Below, in pieces: positions 9,684 through 19,799 of a DNA stretch of 64,000 nucleotides. This DNA is from a virus. Made by a program: the position numbers and the translations under genes. The DNA lies in UHGV virus genome UHGV-0109738; one strand, given 5' to 3'. The notes beneath the pieces were generated by a model. That model made no database searches. It was not told the DNA's origin and saw only the letters and a program-made list of their open reading frames with translations. The stretch's first letter is position 1; every line of letters starts with the position of its first letter.

Positions 9684-9692
9684 CTGCTATCC

Positions 9693-9971
9693 TTAAAACC
9701 ACTCCCTGAGCGGGCGCTCTGGTGTAACCACCCACTCACGGAACACGGAATCATCAAATCCATCGTCAAGAAGACGGATATTAACAAAGTACCCTTCGTT
9801 TCGCGTGTATTCTGGTTCTCCGTCATCAGAAACATCTGTCTCCCTGAACGTAAAACCAATCTCATCAACCAGAACGGCATTCTGCAGCTCTTCGTCCTCT
9901 TCCCAGTTAAGTTTCCTGAGAAATGCCCTGAAATCTGCTTTATCACTGAAACGCAACGTGAAATCTCTCAC
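9693..9971 (-). CDS. hypothetical protein (92 aa), possibly tail-fibre associated
   Basis: ORF track; 4-nt overlap with tail fibre gene stop. Confidence 0.4.
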   Translation of the reverse strand: MRDFTLRFSDKADFRAFLRKLNWEEDEELQNAVLVDEIGFTFRETDVSDDGEPEYTRNEGYFVNIRLLDDGFDDSVFREWVVTPERPLREWF

Positions 9972-11767
9972 TCCACAACCTCCCCAAGCTGCGCATCTGT
10001 TAGCTCTTTATGCCAGAGACGAAAATTCCTCACATGCCCAAATAAATGGCGTAATCCTGCTGTAGTTTGTCCACCAATGCGAATGGTTGCTGTACTCCGG
10101 ATATATTCCCATTTGGTTTTAGTTTCGCTGCTTAACTTACCGTTACTGACTACACATGTGGACCGTTCGGACTTTACCCGCATACCAATAAGCATTTTTT
10201 CCAGCCCGGCATTTTCATTTATTCGTCGGTCTGAACCACCTATATCACAATACGGAAAACCGTCGTACCCACCTGATGAACCAAACCCCATTACGATCCC
10301 CGCATCTGCCTGATGCCGGTATGTGTCAAAAACACGCGGCGCTGCATTTGGCGTTTTATACCAGTTCTTATGTACCTCACAAAGAACCGTAAAAGGAAGA
10401 TTATAAAGATTATTCTTAATCGGAACTGTAACCATATCGCTTGCCCGCGTTACCGGTGCCGTCCCCGTAACAATAAAAGATGATGCGCCTGTACCAGCCT
10501 CAATCTGTGGAGTGGTTACATCGAGATAATCCCCTGATGCAACCATCTGCCCTGTATCCGGAGAATACTGGACAAAACCACCAACCGTATTTTCTGTTGT
10601 ATCTGCTTTTAATGTAGCCTCAAAAAATATCCAGCCAGTTGCATCATCCTTAACAGACCTTGCTGTAACACGGCTTGTCTGACCTGTCTTGCTAATTATG
10701 CGGGTGGTAAGGTTCAGGTTTGCTGCTCCTATTGATGTCCTTACCTCCCCATCATAATGTTCAAATAAAATACGAACGGCGATATTATCAACTTCACTTT
10801 TTACCCGACAGGATATAGTTACATGCTTTTCGTCCCCTGAAGTATCAACCCCTCCGGCACTCGAATACAGTCCGGTAATGGTATGCGCTTTACTTGTACC
10901 AACAATCGAATCCTGTACGACAAACCGGCCATAATTAAACCCAAAACTATCTGTGCCTGTTTCTGTAACGTCCAGTGAAGTTGACTTATTCCACTTCGAA
11001 GGGTCTGTACTGTTTATTAACAGGTTTGTGCGCGTCCCCTCAATCAGTAATCCTTCGCGTTCAAAACGTGGCTCATTAATACCAGCCACAGTTAAAACAC
11101 CTGATTTGTTAATGTAAGTAGCAGTGCTTGCGCGTGAGAAAGAAACAACTTTATCTGATGATATTGTTTTTTCTTCCCCATTAATGGTTACTTTTTTAGT
11201 ACCAGGGCCGTAGCCCGTGATCATATCGAGAGAATCGTTAAACGGTATCCATACGTCCGGCAGCGGTTGCAAAACATACGCGTAAGGCTGTGCGGTCTGA
11301 TTGGCGTATTCGTGGGCTTCGTCTCTGTATGTCTTAGCTGAATCGGCTGCGCTTGTCGCTGTTGTTGCAGCGTTGGTTGCAGTGGTAGCTGATTGTGATG
11401 CTAATTTTGAGGCTGAAATCACATCTTTGTTGTCGCTAAAAAATTCAACTGCGTCCGCTATTTCTGATTCTTTGCCCTGATAGTAACGCAGTGTTTCGGC
11501 GACATCCTGAGCAAGACCATCCACAGAGATCGAATCTGAAAGCAGGATGCTAAATTTAGTTCCAGCCGGAATAGCCGGACTTGCCGCAGGAGTTACCGAC
11601 AAACTTGTTGCGCTTTTTACCTTTGTGATTGAAAAAATCTGCACCGGATCGCTAATGGCAATAAGAGTGCAACCCACTCTGATCAGAGATAATGCGGCGT
11701 TGAATTCAGTCCCTGCCCCGGTAACTGTGTTTCCGCTAACAGCTATAGTGCCTGTTGTGTAAATCAT
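9968..11767 (-). CDS. side tail fibre protein
   Basis: 599 aa; N-terminal MIYTTGTIAVSGNTVTGAGTEFNA and TTATNAATTATSAADSAK region typical of lambdoid Stf proteins. Confidence 0.75.
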   Translation of the reverse strand: MIYTTGTIAVSGNTVTGAGTEFNAALSLIRVGCTLIAISDPVQIFSITKVKSATSLSVTPAASPAIPAGTKFSILLSDSISVDGLAQDVAETLRYYQGKESEIADAVEFFSDNKDVISASKLASQSATTATNAATTATSAADSAKTYRDEAHEYANQTAQPYAYVLQPLPDVWIPFNDSLDMITGYGPGTKKVTINGEEKTISSDKVVSFSRASTATYINKSGVLTVAGINEPRFEREGLLIEGTRTNLLINSTDPSKWNKSTSLDVTETGTDSFGFNYGRFVVQDSIVGTSKAHTITGLYSSAGGVDTSGDEKHVTISCRVKSEVDNIAVRILFEHYDGEVRTSIGAANLNLTTRIISKTGQTSRVTARSVKDDATGWIFFEATLKADTTENTVGGFVQYSPDTGQMVASGDYLDVTTPQIEAGTGASSFIVTGTAPVTRASDMVTVPIKNNLYNLPFTVLCEVHKNWYKTPNAAPRVFDTYRHQADAGIVMGFGSSGGYDGFPYCDIGGSDRRINENAGLEKMLIGMRVKSERSTCVVSNGKLSSETKTKWEYIRSTATIRIGGQTTAGLRHLFGHVRNFRLWHKELTDAQLGEVVE

Positions 11768-11809
11768 CGCAATAACTCCGTTTTGTTAATTAACTAAACA
11801 ATTCTACCA

Positions 11810-11831
11810 TTTTGTGATCTGTGTTACACTT
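11810..11831. promoter_or_regulatory. CRP-consensus-like site TGTGA-N6-TTACA in divergent intergenic region
   Basis: cattTTGTGAtctgtgTTACAc; 19 of 22 nt shared with site at 19160-19181. Confidence 0.35.
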
Positions 11832-11964
11832 TGGGCTTATACATAATGTATTTTTTGATCTATATCAACATACGAAATGATAGCTTCTGCGGTGATTTGC
11901 TCATCGGATGGGTGGATCATCACGAACAACAAATGACAGTAAAACAAACAGTAAGGTGAATACA

Positions 11965-12210
11965 ATGAAAAAACTAATTGTTGCTTGCATCTTATCAGCT
12001 CTGTCTTTTGGTGCTTTTGCTTCTGTAAATTCGACAGATAAGAGTGATGCTGGCACTGCTCAATATGGTGATACTGGCCTTGATAACCAACGTTCGAGTT
12101 ATTTCAATACTGACTCATGGAAAGAAAAACAACTACAAGGTAAAATTATTGACAGTGAATGTAATTTACCTATCCATTTTTCTGGTGTAAATGATGGGTG
12201 TAAAAAATAA
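11965..12210 (+). CDS. secreted small protein (moron), 81 aa with signal peptide
   Basis: MKKLIVACILSALSFGAFA signal sequence; AAGGTGA SD; opposite strand to tail genes; own terminator. Confidence 0.55.
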   Translation: MKKLIVACILSALSFGAFASVNSTDKSDAGTAQYGDTGLDNQRSSYFNTDSWKEKQLQGKIIDSECNLPIHFSGVNDGCKK

Positions 12211-12221
12211 AAACAATGCAT

Positions 12222-12250
12222 AAAAAAACGGGGCTTATGCCCCGTTTTTT
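12222..12250. terminator. bidirectional rho-independent terminator
   Basis: AAAAAA-cggggc-ttat-gccccg-TTTTTT between moron ORF and J stop. Confidence 0.75.
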
Positions 12251-15200
12251 ATGCTGTCGTTGATGTTCTAAATGATCCGGTGCCTCTTGCTACTATCATT
12301 GTTGGAGAATACAACGCGGTACAATATGCGTATCCTTCAGATGATGATGTTTGAGGACAATATATTTTCCCGATAATATCTGATGCTTTTAAACCAGAAA
12401 AAGCGCATTGCACTGTTAATGTGCATCCACCATAAGGCACGTAATATGAAATTGTTTTGTTTTTATCTCCGCAACTAAACGTTACGTTATAAGTGGATCT
12501 ATATTCACCAGACATTAATGAAATAGTCGCCATAAGCATAACTGATTTCGTCAATGCATTATCCGTGCTGTCTTTATATGTGATGGTTGCGCTATAACTT
12601 CCGTTATGCCCAAGCACTCGATCTGGACCAACCCCCATGTTAGCAACGTCACCGACAAATGACTTTGCCTCTACTGTACCTTTAAACTTCCCGCTTGTGG
12701 CCTGAATCTCACCAGTGAATTTACCAGATGTTGCGTACACCGTACCGCGTACAGTGACGTTGTTGAACTCCGCATTGCCGTTTTTATTTAGCATCCAGCC
12801 AGCCGAACCAGCTTTATAGTTGGTTGACTGAATTTGCTGCGCAATCTTCGCGGTAGTGATTGATGCGTCTCTGATCCACGCATCACGGATGTAGCAAGCA
12901 CCGTTAGTAACATAGAACGGGGTCTGATAGGAGCCACCTGCCGCAGTCATAAGCACGAAACGGTCAACGAGGAAAATACACTGCGATTGAACGTTAGTCC
13001 CGCTACCAGTAAGGCCGAGCGACATTCCTGTAGCGTATTTCATACCGTTTTTATCAGTGGCAATCTTAATTGAATATGACGCATCAACGTTACCTTTGAA
13101 GTCAGTCAGTGCTTTTGATGTCGTTTCTATCGCCGTTGTGTTTCCGTTAATAGTTACTTTCAACTGGTCGATTCTGGTTGACAATGCCTCGTCTGCCGTT
13201 GCCATAGCCTGTGACCATTCCGTGATGCTTGAGTTTACATCGTCGAAAGATGCCGAGATCTGGCCAAATTTTTCCGCGCTTGATGTTTCATGCGTAGAAA
13301 GTGCAGTTGACACTTCGGATACTTTCGAATTAATCGTACTGGTAAGCGATGAGTTAAGGCTGCTGATTGCGTCAGTGCGTGCATTCTTCTCATCTGCGAT
13401 CGCTTTATCCATCCTGGTTACGTTGCTTGTCACCTTGCTATCGAGCGTGGAAATTGACGCATTAACCCCGCTAATAGCTTCTGCGCGTGCGCTCGCCTCA
13501 TCTGCGATTGCTTTATCAAGACGGGAAACGCTCGCGTCGGTCTTGCTTTCAAGACTACTGACGCTGGCGTTAACGTTGCTAATAGCTTCTGCGCGTGCGC
13601 TCGCCTCATCTGCGATTGCTGTGTCTACCCTTGCTATTTCCGCTTTTGTTTTTCTTTGTCCTTTCCTGTATTTCGCCTCAATAACAGTGCTCATCTTGCT
13701 TTGCGCCATTGAGTTATTAATAAGCGCCAGAGATGCGTTTTGCAGACCTGCTTTCGCCTGAACTATCTCGTCGCTGTTTTTATCAACCTCACTTTTAACG
13801 CTGCCAAGCGACGCGCTGATACCTGATATCGCCTGAGCGCGTGTGCTTGATTCGTCAGCGATAGCTTGATCAAGACGGCTAACACTGGCATTTGTGTTAT
13901 TTTCAAGCGTTGTTAAATCAGCTTTAACCACTGTTATTGCGTCGCTTCTTGCCTGCGTTTCATCTGATATTGCCTTATCGAGGCGCTTAACACTGGCGTC
14001 AGTTTTCTTGTCAAGCGTTGAGATACTTGCGTTCACGTCGCTGATAGCCTGAGTACGCGCACTTGTTTCGTCTGCAATTGCCCGATCAAGACGGTTTACG
14101 CTGGCGTCAGTTTTCTTGTCAAGATTGCTTATTGAGGCATTTACACCGTTAATAGCTTCAGCGCGAGCGCTGGCCTCGTCAGCTACTGCGCGTTGCACAT
14201 TAGAGATCTGACCTTTAAGGTTTGTGTCCATCACATTCATTTCTGCCGTGATGGTTTCCAGTGATTCCGCTGTCGCTTTTTTCTCTTCAGCGATAACGTT
14301 GTCAATGCGGTCAATTTCCGCTTTCGTCTCTGTCCTGCCTTTCTTGTACTGAGCGGTAAGAGTTACGCGAGTGTTAGTCTGTGCAAGCGAGTTATTAATA
14401 AGAGCAAGTGAGGCGTTTTGCAGACTTGCTTTTGCTTGCGCTAGTTCGCTGCCAACTTTTTCGCTAGACACCTCTAGCGAGTCGATTCTCGACTCATGCT
14501 GTCCAATATCATCGGCGTTTTCCTTAACCTTTTTATAAAGATCTTCCGTTTCTTTTTTAAGTGTGTCCGTGTCAGCTTTTATTGATCCCGTTTCTATGGT
14601 TAGGTTGTCAGTTTCAGTCCTTAAATCGTCAGTTATATTGGTCAGATTATCAGTTGCAGTTTTGAGGTTGTCAGTAGCAGTTTTAAGGTCATTCGTAGCG
14701 CTTTCGATAAGATCAGTGCGGTCGCCTAGATCTTTAATGTCACCAACCATTTCTTTAAATTGTTTGGAATTCATTACGTCTTTGGTGACGTAATCGGTAA
14801 TTTCGTCAAAGTTTTCTGTTGGCTTACCTGACGCTTCCACAAAGTCAGACACACCAAAAGCGTTACGCGTGCGCACATAAACGTAATATATGTGACCTGT
14901 ATTCATGCCGCCAAACGTCCACTGATGACCACGCCCCGTATATTGTGCTTTAGTGGTTACTGATGCCGGGTCGGTGATCTGTGTTTCACCTGAGTAATAA
15001 AACTCGTAACTGGTATCAGTGGTAAGCGTTGTTCTGCTGATCGGATACACTGTTGCCTGGAATACACCAGGAACCCAATTAACGCCAATCGGGGCTGCTG
15101 GTGCACCAATAACCAGATCAACTATACTCTCAGCGCCCTTCATGCCAGTATCATTACGACCGCGAATGCCTAATGAGTAGGTTCCTGAATCAATGCCATA

Positions 15201-17219
15201 AAAATCATAACTGTAATTCGTAGTTTCGTAGCTTTTAACCACAGCGCCGTCGGCGTTATACACGCGAATCTCAAAGGTCAGGCGACGCGTTGTCGTCTGT
15301 GTTTCCCATGTTGCGCGACATTGAACCGTTTCAGATCCAACGTTTAACACCTTCAGATTTTCAATGTTCGGCACGCGGAAGTGATTAAGCGTGTCGTTAT
15401 TGATCTCGAAGATTGCGCCATTATCGACTACGGCCTGCTTATGTGGATCATGCTGTGCGGCCTCGATGGTGTATACGCTGTTATTTTCTGTTTCTGCTAC
15501 GCTGGTGATTCGACATAAAACGGGTTTTGCTGCGTTGGTTGATACAGCAAAAACAGTACCGTTACGAATCCATGCCGGGGCGGATGCAAGGGTAATTTTG
15601 TTTCCGCTAACTCCAGTGATCTGGTGTTTTTTAAACTTGCCATCGCTATCAAGCAGGCTGATCGTATCTCCAGCGGAGATATATTTGGCATCAACCTTGT
15701 CTACAGTTATTACTTTGCCATTGTTCGCAACGATGCGACCGCCTAAGCGAGCGCCTGCGCGGTTATTGTCCAGGATTTCGATAATATCACCTGGCGTAAA
15801 GTGAATCGCGTCACGGGCCATTTTAAACGTGAATTTTGACGGCTCGCGTTTTGCTGTTTCTATCAGCCATTTGCCAGCGCGGTACGCTTGCCCGCGTGAC
15901 GTGCAACCGAAAGCCTCTAGCGTGGTTTCGTTATAACCATCGCGGGCGATCAGTTCATCGTCTGCCACGTATTCTTTTGATTGCTCCCAGCCGTTTTCCG
16001 GGTCAGTCCATGACACAATCACGGCGTTGTAAGATTCTGCGCGGGCAATACTTGAACGAGTAAACGCGCCATCAACTACGTTTGCATTTGTAATGGTGGC
16101 GATTGGATCTTGTGGCGCATCAATCATCACGGTAAGGCGCTGCCCGTCCCATAATGCAATACCACGGAACATGCCTGCAATATTATCCAGTAAGTCGCGT
16201 GCGCTAATTTGTTCCGTGATGTAAGCATTAAGCGTCATGCGAGGTTCAAAGCCGCCGTAACCATCGCTAACCAACTGATCGCAGTATTGGGAAAGCGTAT
16301 ATAATGCGCCATCGTCAACATCAATGTAACCAGCGTGGCGAGCAAGTCCGAAACGTTCATTTTTAACCAGATACCGGAAAAGCCATGCAGGGTTATTGGT
16401 GTACGCTTTTTTAAATCCACCAAGCCATAAACCGGAATACGTGCGCGTTTCAGGGTTATAGTTGTCCGGCACATCAACAATCAGTCCGCGCAGATGATAA
16501 GTGCGGGCAGGAGTATCAGTATACTGGTCATGGTCAATTACCGCGCCAGCTACAGCGGTATGAGGGTAAGACAGGTTATCGTCGATTATCTCGCTGTAAC
16601 TGCTCCACCGCGTATCATTACGAAGAAGATCGCTTTTGCTGTCTGGCGTTACGCGACGAACGCGAATATCAAACGGCTTTTCATCCGGTGCGTTGATAAC
16701 GTGAGCTTCCAGGTATTCACCACTCTGTTTACCAGGCCCGATCGTAATGTCTTTAACCAGCGACCACGTCGATGATGATGATGGCTTAACATCAACCATT
16801 AACATGACTGACGTGTTATATTGATTGCCCTTATCATCTGACTGAACTAGAGCATCAACGCCAACATTCAATCTAACGCGGGTGACGTTTGGGTCTGAAA
16901 CGGTCCTGATTATTGGCGTATCGTGAGTTACCTTCGCATTGACAATAACAGTTGATTCAATGGCGTTAAAACCGTTAATCGGTGATTGGTCAGCTGTGCC
17001 ATTGCGCCACGCTATACTTACCCCAGGGATTGACGTATTTCCGTTGGCGTCAGTAACAGGCGTGTCATTAAGCATCACATCATTTAATGGCGCTTTCTGG
17101 TTTACCGGGCCGTATATCGGCCCCTCGCTGAGAATGTCTAAAACACGATAAAACTGTTTATGATACAGGTTATCGTTCAATAAATGTGGTGTTTTGGCTT
17201 TGCCGCCGCCGCTACTCAT
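12249..17219 (-). CDS. J: host specificity / central tail fibre protein J (expanded, 1656 aa)
   Basis: N-terminal and C-terminal regions align with lambda J (e.g. RVRRVTPDSKSD..WSSYSEIID); about 500 aa repeat-rich coiled-coil insertion. Confidence 0.9.
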   Translation of the reverse strand: MSSGGGKAKTPHLLNDNLYHKQFYRVLDILSEGPIYGPVNQKAPLNDVMLNDTPVTDANGNTSIPGVSIAWRNGTADQSPINGFNAIESTVIVNAKVTHDTPIIRTVSDPNVTRVRLNVGVDALVQSDDKGNQYNTSVMLMVDVKPSSSSTWSLVKDITIGPGKQSGEYLEAHVINAPDEKPFDIRVRRVTPDSKSDLLRNDTRWSSYSEIIDDNLSYPHTAVAGAVIDHDQYTDTPARTYHLRGLIVDVPDNYNPETRTYSGLWLGGFKKAYTNNPAWLFRYLVKNERFGLARHAGYIDVDDGALYTLSQYCDQLVSDGYGGFEPRMTLNAYITEQISARDLLDNIAGMFRGIALWDGQRLTVMIDAPQDPIATITNANVVDGAFTRSSIARAESYNAVIVSWTDPENGWEQSKEYVADDELIARDGYNETTLEAFGCTSRGQAYRAGKWLIETAKREPSKFTFKMARDAIHFTPGDIIEILDNNRAGARLGGRIVANNGKVITVDKVDAKYISAGDTISLLDSDGKFKKHQITGVSGNKITLASAPAWIRNGTVFAVSTNAAKPVLCRITSVAETENNSVYTIEAAQHDPHKQAVVDNGAIFEINNDTLNHFRVPNIENLKVLNVGSETVQCRATWETQTTTRRLTFEIRVYNADGAVVKSYETTNYSYDFYGIDSGTYSLGIRGRNDTGMKGAESIVDLVIGAPAAPIGVNWVPGVFQATVYPISRTTLTTDTSYEFYYSGETQITDPASVTTKAQYTGRGHQWTFGGMNTGHIYYVYVRTRNAFGVSDFVEASGKPTENFDEITDYVTKDVMNSKQFKEMVGDIKDLGDRTDLIESATNDLKTATDNLKTATDNLTNITDDLRTETDNLTIETGSIKADTDTLKKETEDLYKKVKENADDIGQHESRIDSLEVSSEKVGSELAQAKASLQNASLALINNSLAQTNTRVTLTAQYKKGRTETKAEIDRIDNVIAEEKKATAESLETITAEMNVMDTNLKGQISNVQRAVADEASARAEAINGVNASISNLDKKTDASVNRLDRAIADETSARTQAISDVNASISTLDKKTDASVKRLDKAISDETQARSDAITVVKADLTTLENNTNASVSRLDQAIADESSTRAQAISGISASLGSVKSEVDKNSDEIVQAKAGLQNASLALINNSMAQSKMSTVIEAKYRKGQRKTKAEIARVDTAIADEASARAEAISNVNASVSSLESKTDASVSRLDKAIADEASARAEAISGVNASISTLDSKVTSNVTRMDKAIADEKNARTDAISSLNSSLTSTINSKVSEVSTALSTHETSSAEKFGQISASFDDVNSSITEWSQAMATADEALSTRIDQLKVTINGNTTAIETTSKALTDFKGNVDASYSIKIATDKNGMKYATGMSLGLTGSGTNVQSQCIFLVDRFVLMTAAGGSYQTPFYVTNGACYIRDAWIRDASITTAKIAQQIQSTNYKAGSAGWMLNKNGNAEFNNVTVRGTVYATSGKFTGEIQATSGKFKGTVEAKSFVGDVANMGVGPDRVLGHNGSYSATITYKDSTDNALTKSVMLMATISLMSGEYRSTYNVTFSCGDKNKTISYYVPYGGCTLTVQCAFSGLKASDIIGKIYCPQTSSSEGYAYCTALYSPTMIVARGTGSFRTSTTA
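13380..14220. repeat. intragenic tandem repeats within J (coiled-coil repeat region)
   Basis: Exact 43-bp repeat gctaatagcttctgcgcgtgcgctcgcctcatctgcgattgct at 13473 and 13582; protein repeats RLDKAIADExSARxxAIS..NASIS..KTDASV. Confidence 0.7.
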
Positions 17220-17232
17220 GGTTTTTCTCCTG

Positions 17233-17763
17233 TTAACTTACAACGTCTAATGCATCTCTGTTGTTGCTTGTGTCTATGCCTAACGATCCGACGTTTGAAC
17301 CTATTTTCATTTCACCCAACAGGATTGGCACTGGTCTACCCTGGCCTACCTTGTTTTCAACGCTGGTGTAGGTGTTGTTCGTTATGGTGTTATCTTGTGC
17401 GCTTTCTGCTGACGTCTTTATCTTCAGGTTGCGAGACATAAAGATCGAGAACGCAACGCTAACCACTGAAACACCAATCAAGATCCAACCCACAACACCA
17501 ATCCCCGCAATACCACCTTCAACTACTGGAGCAATAATGATGGTTGTTCCGTCAGGGTATTTACTGTTAACCGCTGCTGGCGCGGTCTTTTCGTCATAAT
17601 CTTTTCCGGCAATTCGTAAGCGCAAAGGTGTATTTAAAAAAGCCTTCTTGAACTCCTGATCCTGCGCGGTCAATAGGCTAAGTCCTTGCGCTGGCGTATC
17701 AACGTTTAAACACACTTTGCCGTAATATCTTCGAAGATTGCCCGTAAATCTAAATTTGAGCAT
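17233..17763 (-). CDS. I: tail assembly protein I
   Basis: C-terminal motif PVPILLGEMKIGSNV resembles lambda I (VLPVLYGEMRVGSRV); position between K and J. Confidence 0.75.
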   Translation of the reverse strand: MLKFRFTGNLRRYYGKVCLNVDTPAQGLSLLTAQDQEFKKAFLNTPLRLRIAGKDYDEKTAPAAVNSKYPDGTTIIIAPVVEGGIAGIGVVGWILIGVSVVSVAFSIFMSRNLKIKTSAESAQDNTITNNTYTSVENKVGQGRPVPILLGEMKIGSNVGSLGIDTSNNRDALDVVS

Positions 17764-18437
17764 TTGTCAGATCTCCATATTGAATGCGTTTGTCGAACAT
17801 ACGCGGGCCGCATTTGCTCGCGGCGGCTTAGCAGTCCGGCATTGTCATGATGCAAAACAGTGTTATCGCCCAGGAAAATCATCGCGTGGCATGGGTCAGC
17901 ACCTTTAAACGGCTGGCGGATAATCACGTCACCAGGCTGAATGCTTTGCGCATCAACCATGAAAAACCCGTTCAATGGCAGGTTTTTTATGTACAGGTTT
18001 TCCCCACGCAGCCACCACCCATCGTGGCGCTCAAAGTCAGGTAGATCCACGCCGCAAAGGTGATAGGCGTCACGGAAAAGCGAGTAGCAGTCTGTTTTCC
18101 CGTGCTCAAATTTACGGCCTAACAGGTGCGCTACCGGGAGAAACTTTCTCACCCTGCCACCTGAACATAAAAACCACGGCAGGCCGGAAATAACATGCTG
18201 TTGTCGATCCCGTGCCGACAATACCAGGGTATCATCGGTGTGGGAGTGGAAAACTGCTGTTATAACGCCTAATTCGTCAGCTTTGATATAATCGTCAGGC
18301 GAGATTTTAAAGCTGTTGTGCGGCGTTTCAGACACGTTTAAGCACGGGTAAAAATAATCGTTATCTATCACCAGGCCGCAAACTTCCTCACGCGGGTGTG
18401 CTGCTGCATAGCGAATCATTTTATCTTCAAGCGCCAT
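17706..18437 (-). CDS. K: tail assembly protein K (MPN/JAB plus NlpC/P60-like)
   Basis: HSHTDD metal-binding motif; position between L and I; start set at ATG just after L stop. Confidence 0.7.
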   Translation of the reverse strand: MALEDKMIRYAAAHPREEVCGLVIDNDYFYPCLNVSETPHNSFKISPDDYIKADELGVITAVFHSHTDDTLVLSARDRQQHVISGLPWFLCSGGRVRKFLPVAHLLGRKFEHGKTDCYSLFRDAYHLCGVDLPDFERHDGWWLRGENLYIKNLPLNGFFMVDAQSIQPGDVIIRQPFKGADPCHAMIFLGDNTVLHHDNAGLLSRREQMRPAYVRQTHSIWRSDKCSNLDLRAIFEDITAKCV

Positions 18438-18439
18438 AA

Positions 18440-19144
18440 TCAACCCACCTTGCTTGATCCTGGGAAACATGAAATTGGTAACGGATTCGGGCGCGGAAAA
18501 CGCAAACGGCAACCGCTTAGGCGGTGGCTGCATTTATCCAGCTTTGGATCGCTTGTCGATTCGTCTTTGTCAGTAGCTACAGGGCCGCCACTATATCCGC
18601 AACCGTCGCCGCGATATTGCCACTGGCAAACGTCAGCGAGGATTGTGCGCCCAGGGATAACCGCTTTATCAGCATCAATTGGCGTTGACAGTTCATATTG
18701 CACCTGGTCCGCTGTTTCTTCGCTCATCGCTTCAACGACGTAAAAAGACACAGCCTCAATAGATGGATCTGCATCTGGATTGCCGTTGGGGAAGTTAACG
18801 GCGTCCAGGTATTTTACTTCCACCTGGCGGCGAGTAACCTTCATTCCTCGCAGGTCGTTGAAATCGTTATTCATCCCGGTGATTAGCCCGCCAATGTTGG
18901 CTACTACCATTTGGGGGCGTGAGTAAACGCCTTCGTTTTTCATTTCGAAGCCAGTTGCCTCGATCGGGTAGCTGTTGTAAGCCAAGCCCTTCCAGATAAC
19001 CTGGCCGTAATAGCCATTCGCGCCGGAATGGAAGCGGATAACCTCGCCACCCAGGGGCGTAAGGTCCAGCTCAAATAAGTCAATGACCGCGCCGACTCCG
19101 GCATCGACGGAATCAATAATCATCTCTCTCGGAATATTGCGCAT
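18440..19144 (-). CDS. L: minor tail protein L
   Basis: Aligns with lambda L throughout (e.g. YLDAVNFPNGN, CQWQYRGDGCGYSG, DKCSHRLSGC). Confidence 0.9.
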   Translation of the reverse strand: MRNIPREMIIDSVDAGVGAVIDLFELDLTPLGGEVIRFHSGANGYYGQVIWKGLAYNSYPIEATGFEMKNEGVYSRPQMVVANIGGLITGMNNDFNDLRGMKVTRRQVEVKYLDAVNFPNGNPDADPSIEAVSFYVVEAMSEETADQVQYELSTPIDADKAVIPGRTILADVCQWQYRGDGCGYSGGPVATDKDESTSDPKLDKCSHRLSGCRLRFPRPNPLPISCFPGSSKVG

Positions 19145-19159
19145 TTTCTCACCTTGTCA

Positions 19160-19181
19160 TTTTGTGATCTGCGTCACGCTA
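19160..19181. promoter_or_regulatory. CRP-consensus-like site TGTGA-N6-TCACG in divergent intergenic region
   Basis: cattTTGTGAtctgcgTCACGc; homologous to 11810-11831. Confidence 0.35.
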
Positions 19182-19235
19182 AATCATACCAAAATGGATT
19201 GATCGAGGTTTTTACAATATGTATATTTTACTCAA

Positions 19236-19442
19236 ATGAAGGGGAAGTTAACAAAATGGCACAAAGGGCGCGGGATGAACGATAAACTATGGAGACTGAC
19301 CTTATTTGTGAGTAATGGGCGTGATATCGAGGCTGAATTCGATAACCCTAGCGACGCCTTAGAAACGTCCATTTACCTATCAGAAAAAGATGATCGCGTC
19401 CTGGGCTACCGGATTAAACCGATTAAAAGCGGGGATCAGTAA
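19236..19442 (+). CDS. hypothetical moron protein
   Basis: ORF track; opposite strand to tail genes; start uncertain (internal ATG at 19275). Confidence 0.35.
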   Translation: MKGKLTKWHKGRGMNDKLWRLTLFVSNGRDIEAEFDNPSDALETSIYLSEKDDRVLGYRIKPIKSGDQ

Positions 19443-19443
19443 A

Positions 19444-19794
19444 ATGCAAAAATACCGTCTAGATGTATGGATGGCAGGCAGTAAAGATTGGGAAGGTTAC
19501 GGATTATATGACAGTTACGAAATGGCAGTCGAGGAAGGAGAAAAACTTGTTCGCTTCTTCGGGCGCGCCAGGGAATTCAAAATAACTCAGGTACAAATAG
19601 ATGAGAAGGTGGAAGATATGAACCCGAAAGATATTAACTTTAACGTCAATGTTAATTTTGCTGACTCTATGGATCAGTCTTGCCCTGGTGAAATACACGC
19701 AAAGGGTTTCCCGGCTGATGATCCTGATGCAAAACGCGAATACGAAAAAGCGGCAAAAGATTTCTGTATCGACAATTTAAGTTGCTTTGATTAA
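19444..19794 (+). CDS. hypothetical moron protein (116 aa)
   Basis: ORF track; start reassigned to ATG overlapping upstream stop. Confidence 0.45.
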   Translation: MQKYRLDVWMAGSKDWEGYGLYDSYEMAVEEGEKLVRFFGRAREFKITQVQIDEKVEDMNPKDINFNVNVNFADSMDQSCPGEIHAKGFPADDPDAKREYEKAAKDFCIDNLSCFD

Positions 19795-19799
19795 AAATT

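Noticed and set aside
9384-10313. 309-aa plus-strand ORF
   Set aside because: Lies antisense within the well-supported tail-fibre gene; Pro/His/Cys-rich low-complexity translation with no RBS; treated as a shadow ORF.
13057-13761. 234-aa plus-strand ORF inside J
   Set aside because: Antisense to the J repeat region; its Ala/Ser/Leu-rich translation mirrors the J repeats; shadow ORF.
13380-14220. Possible CRISPR array
   Set aside because: The repeats are imperfect, of several lengths and entirely inside a coding sequence with a maintained reading frame; no spacer-repeat regularity or cas genes.
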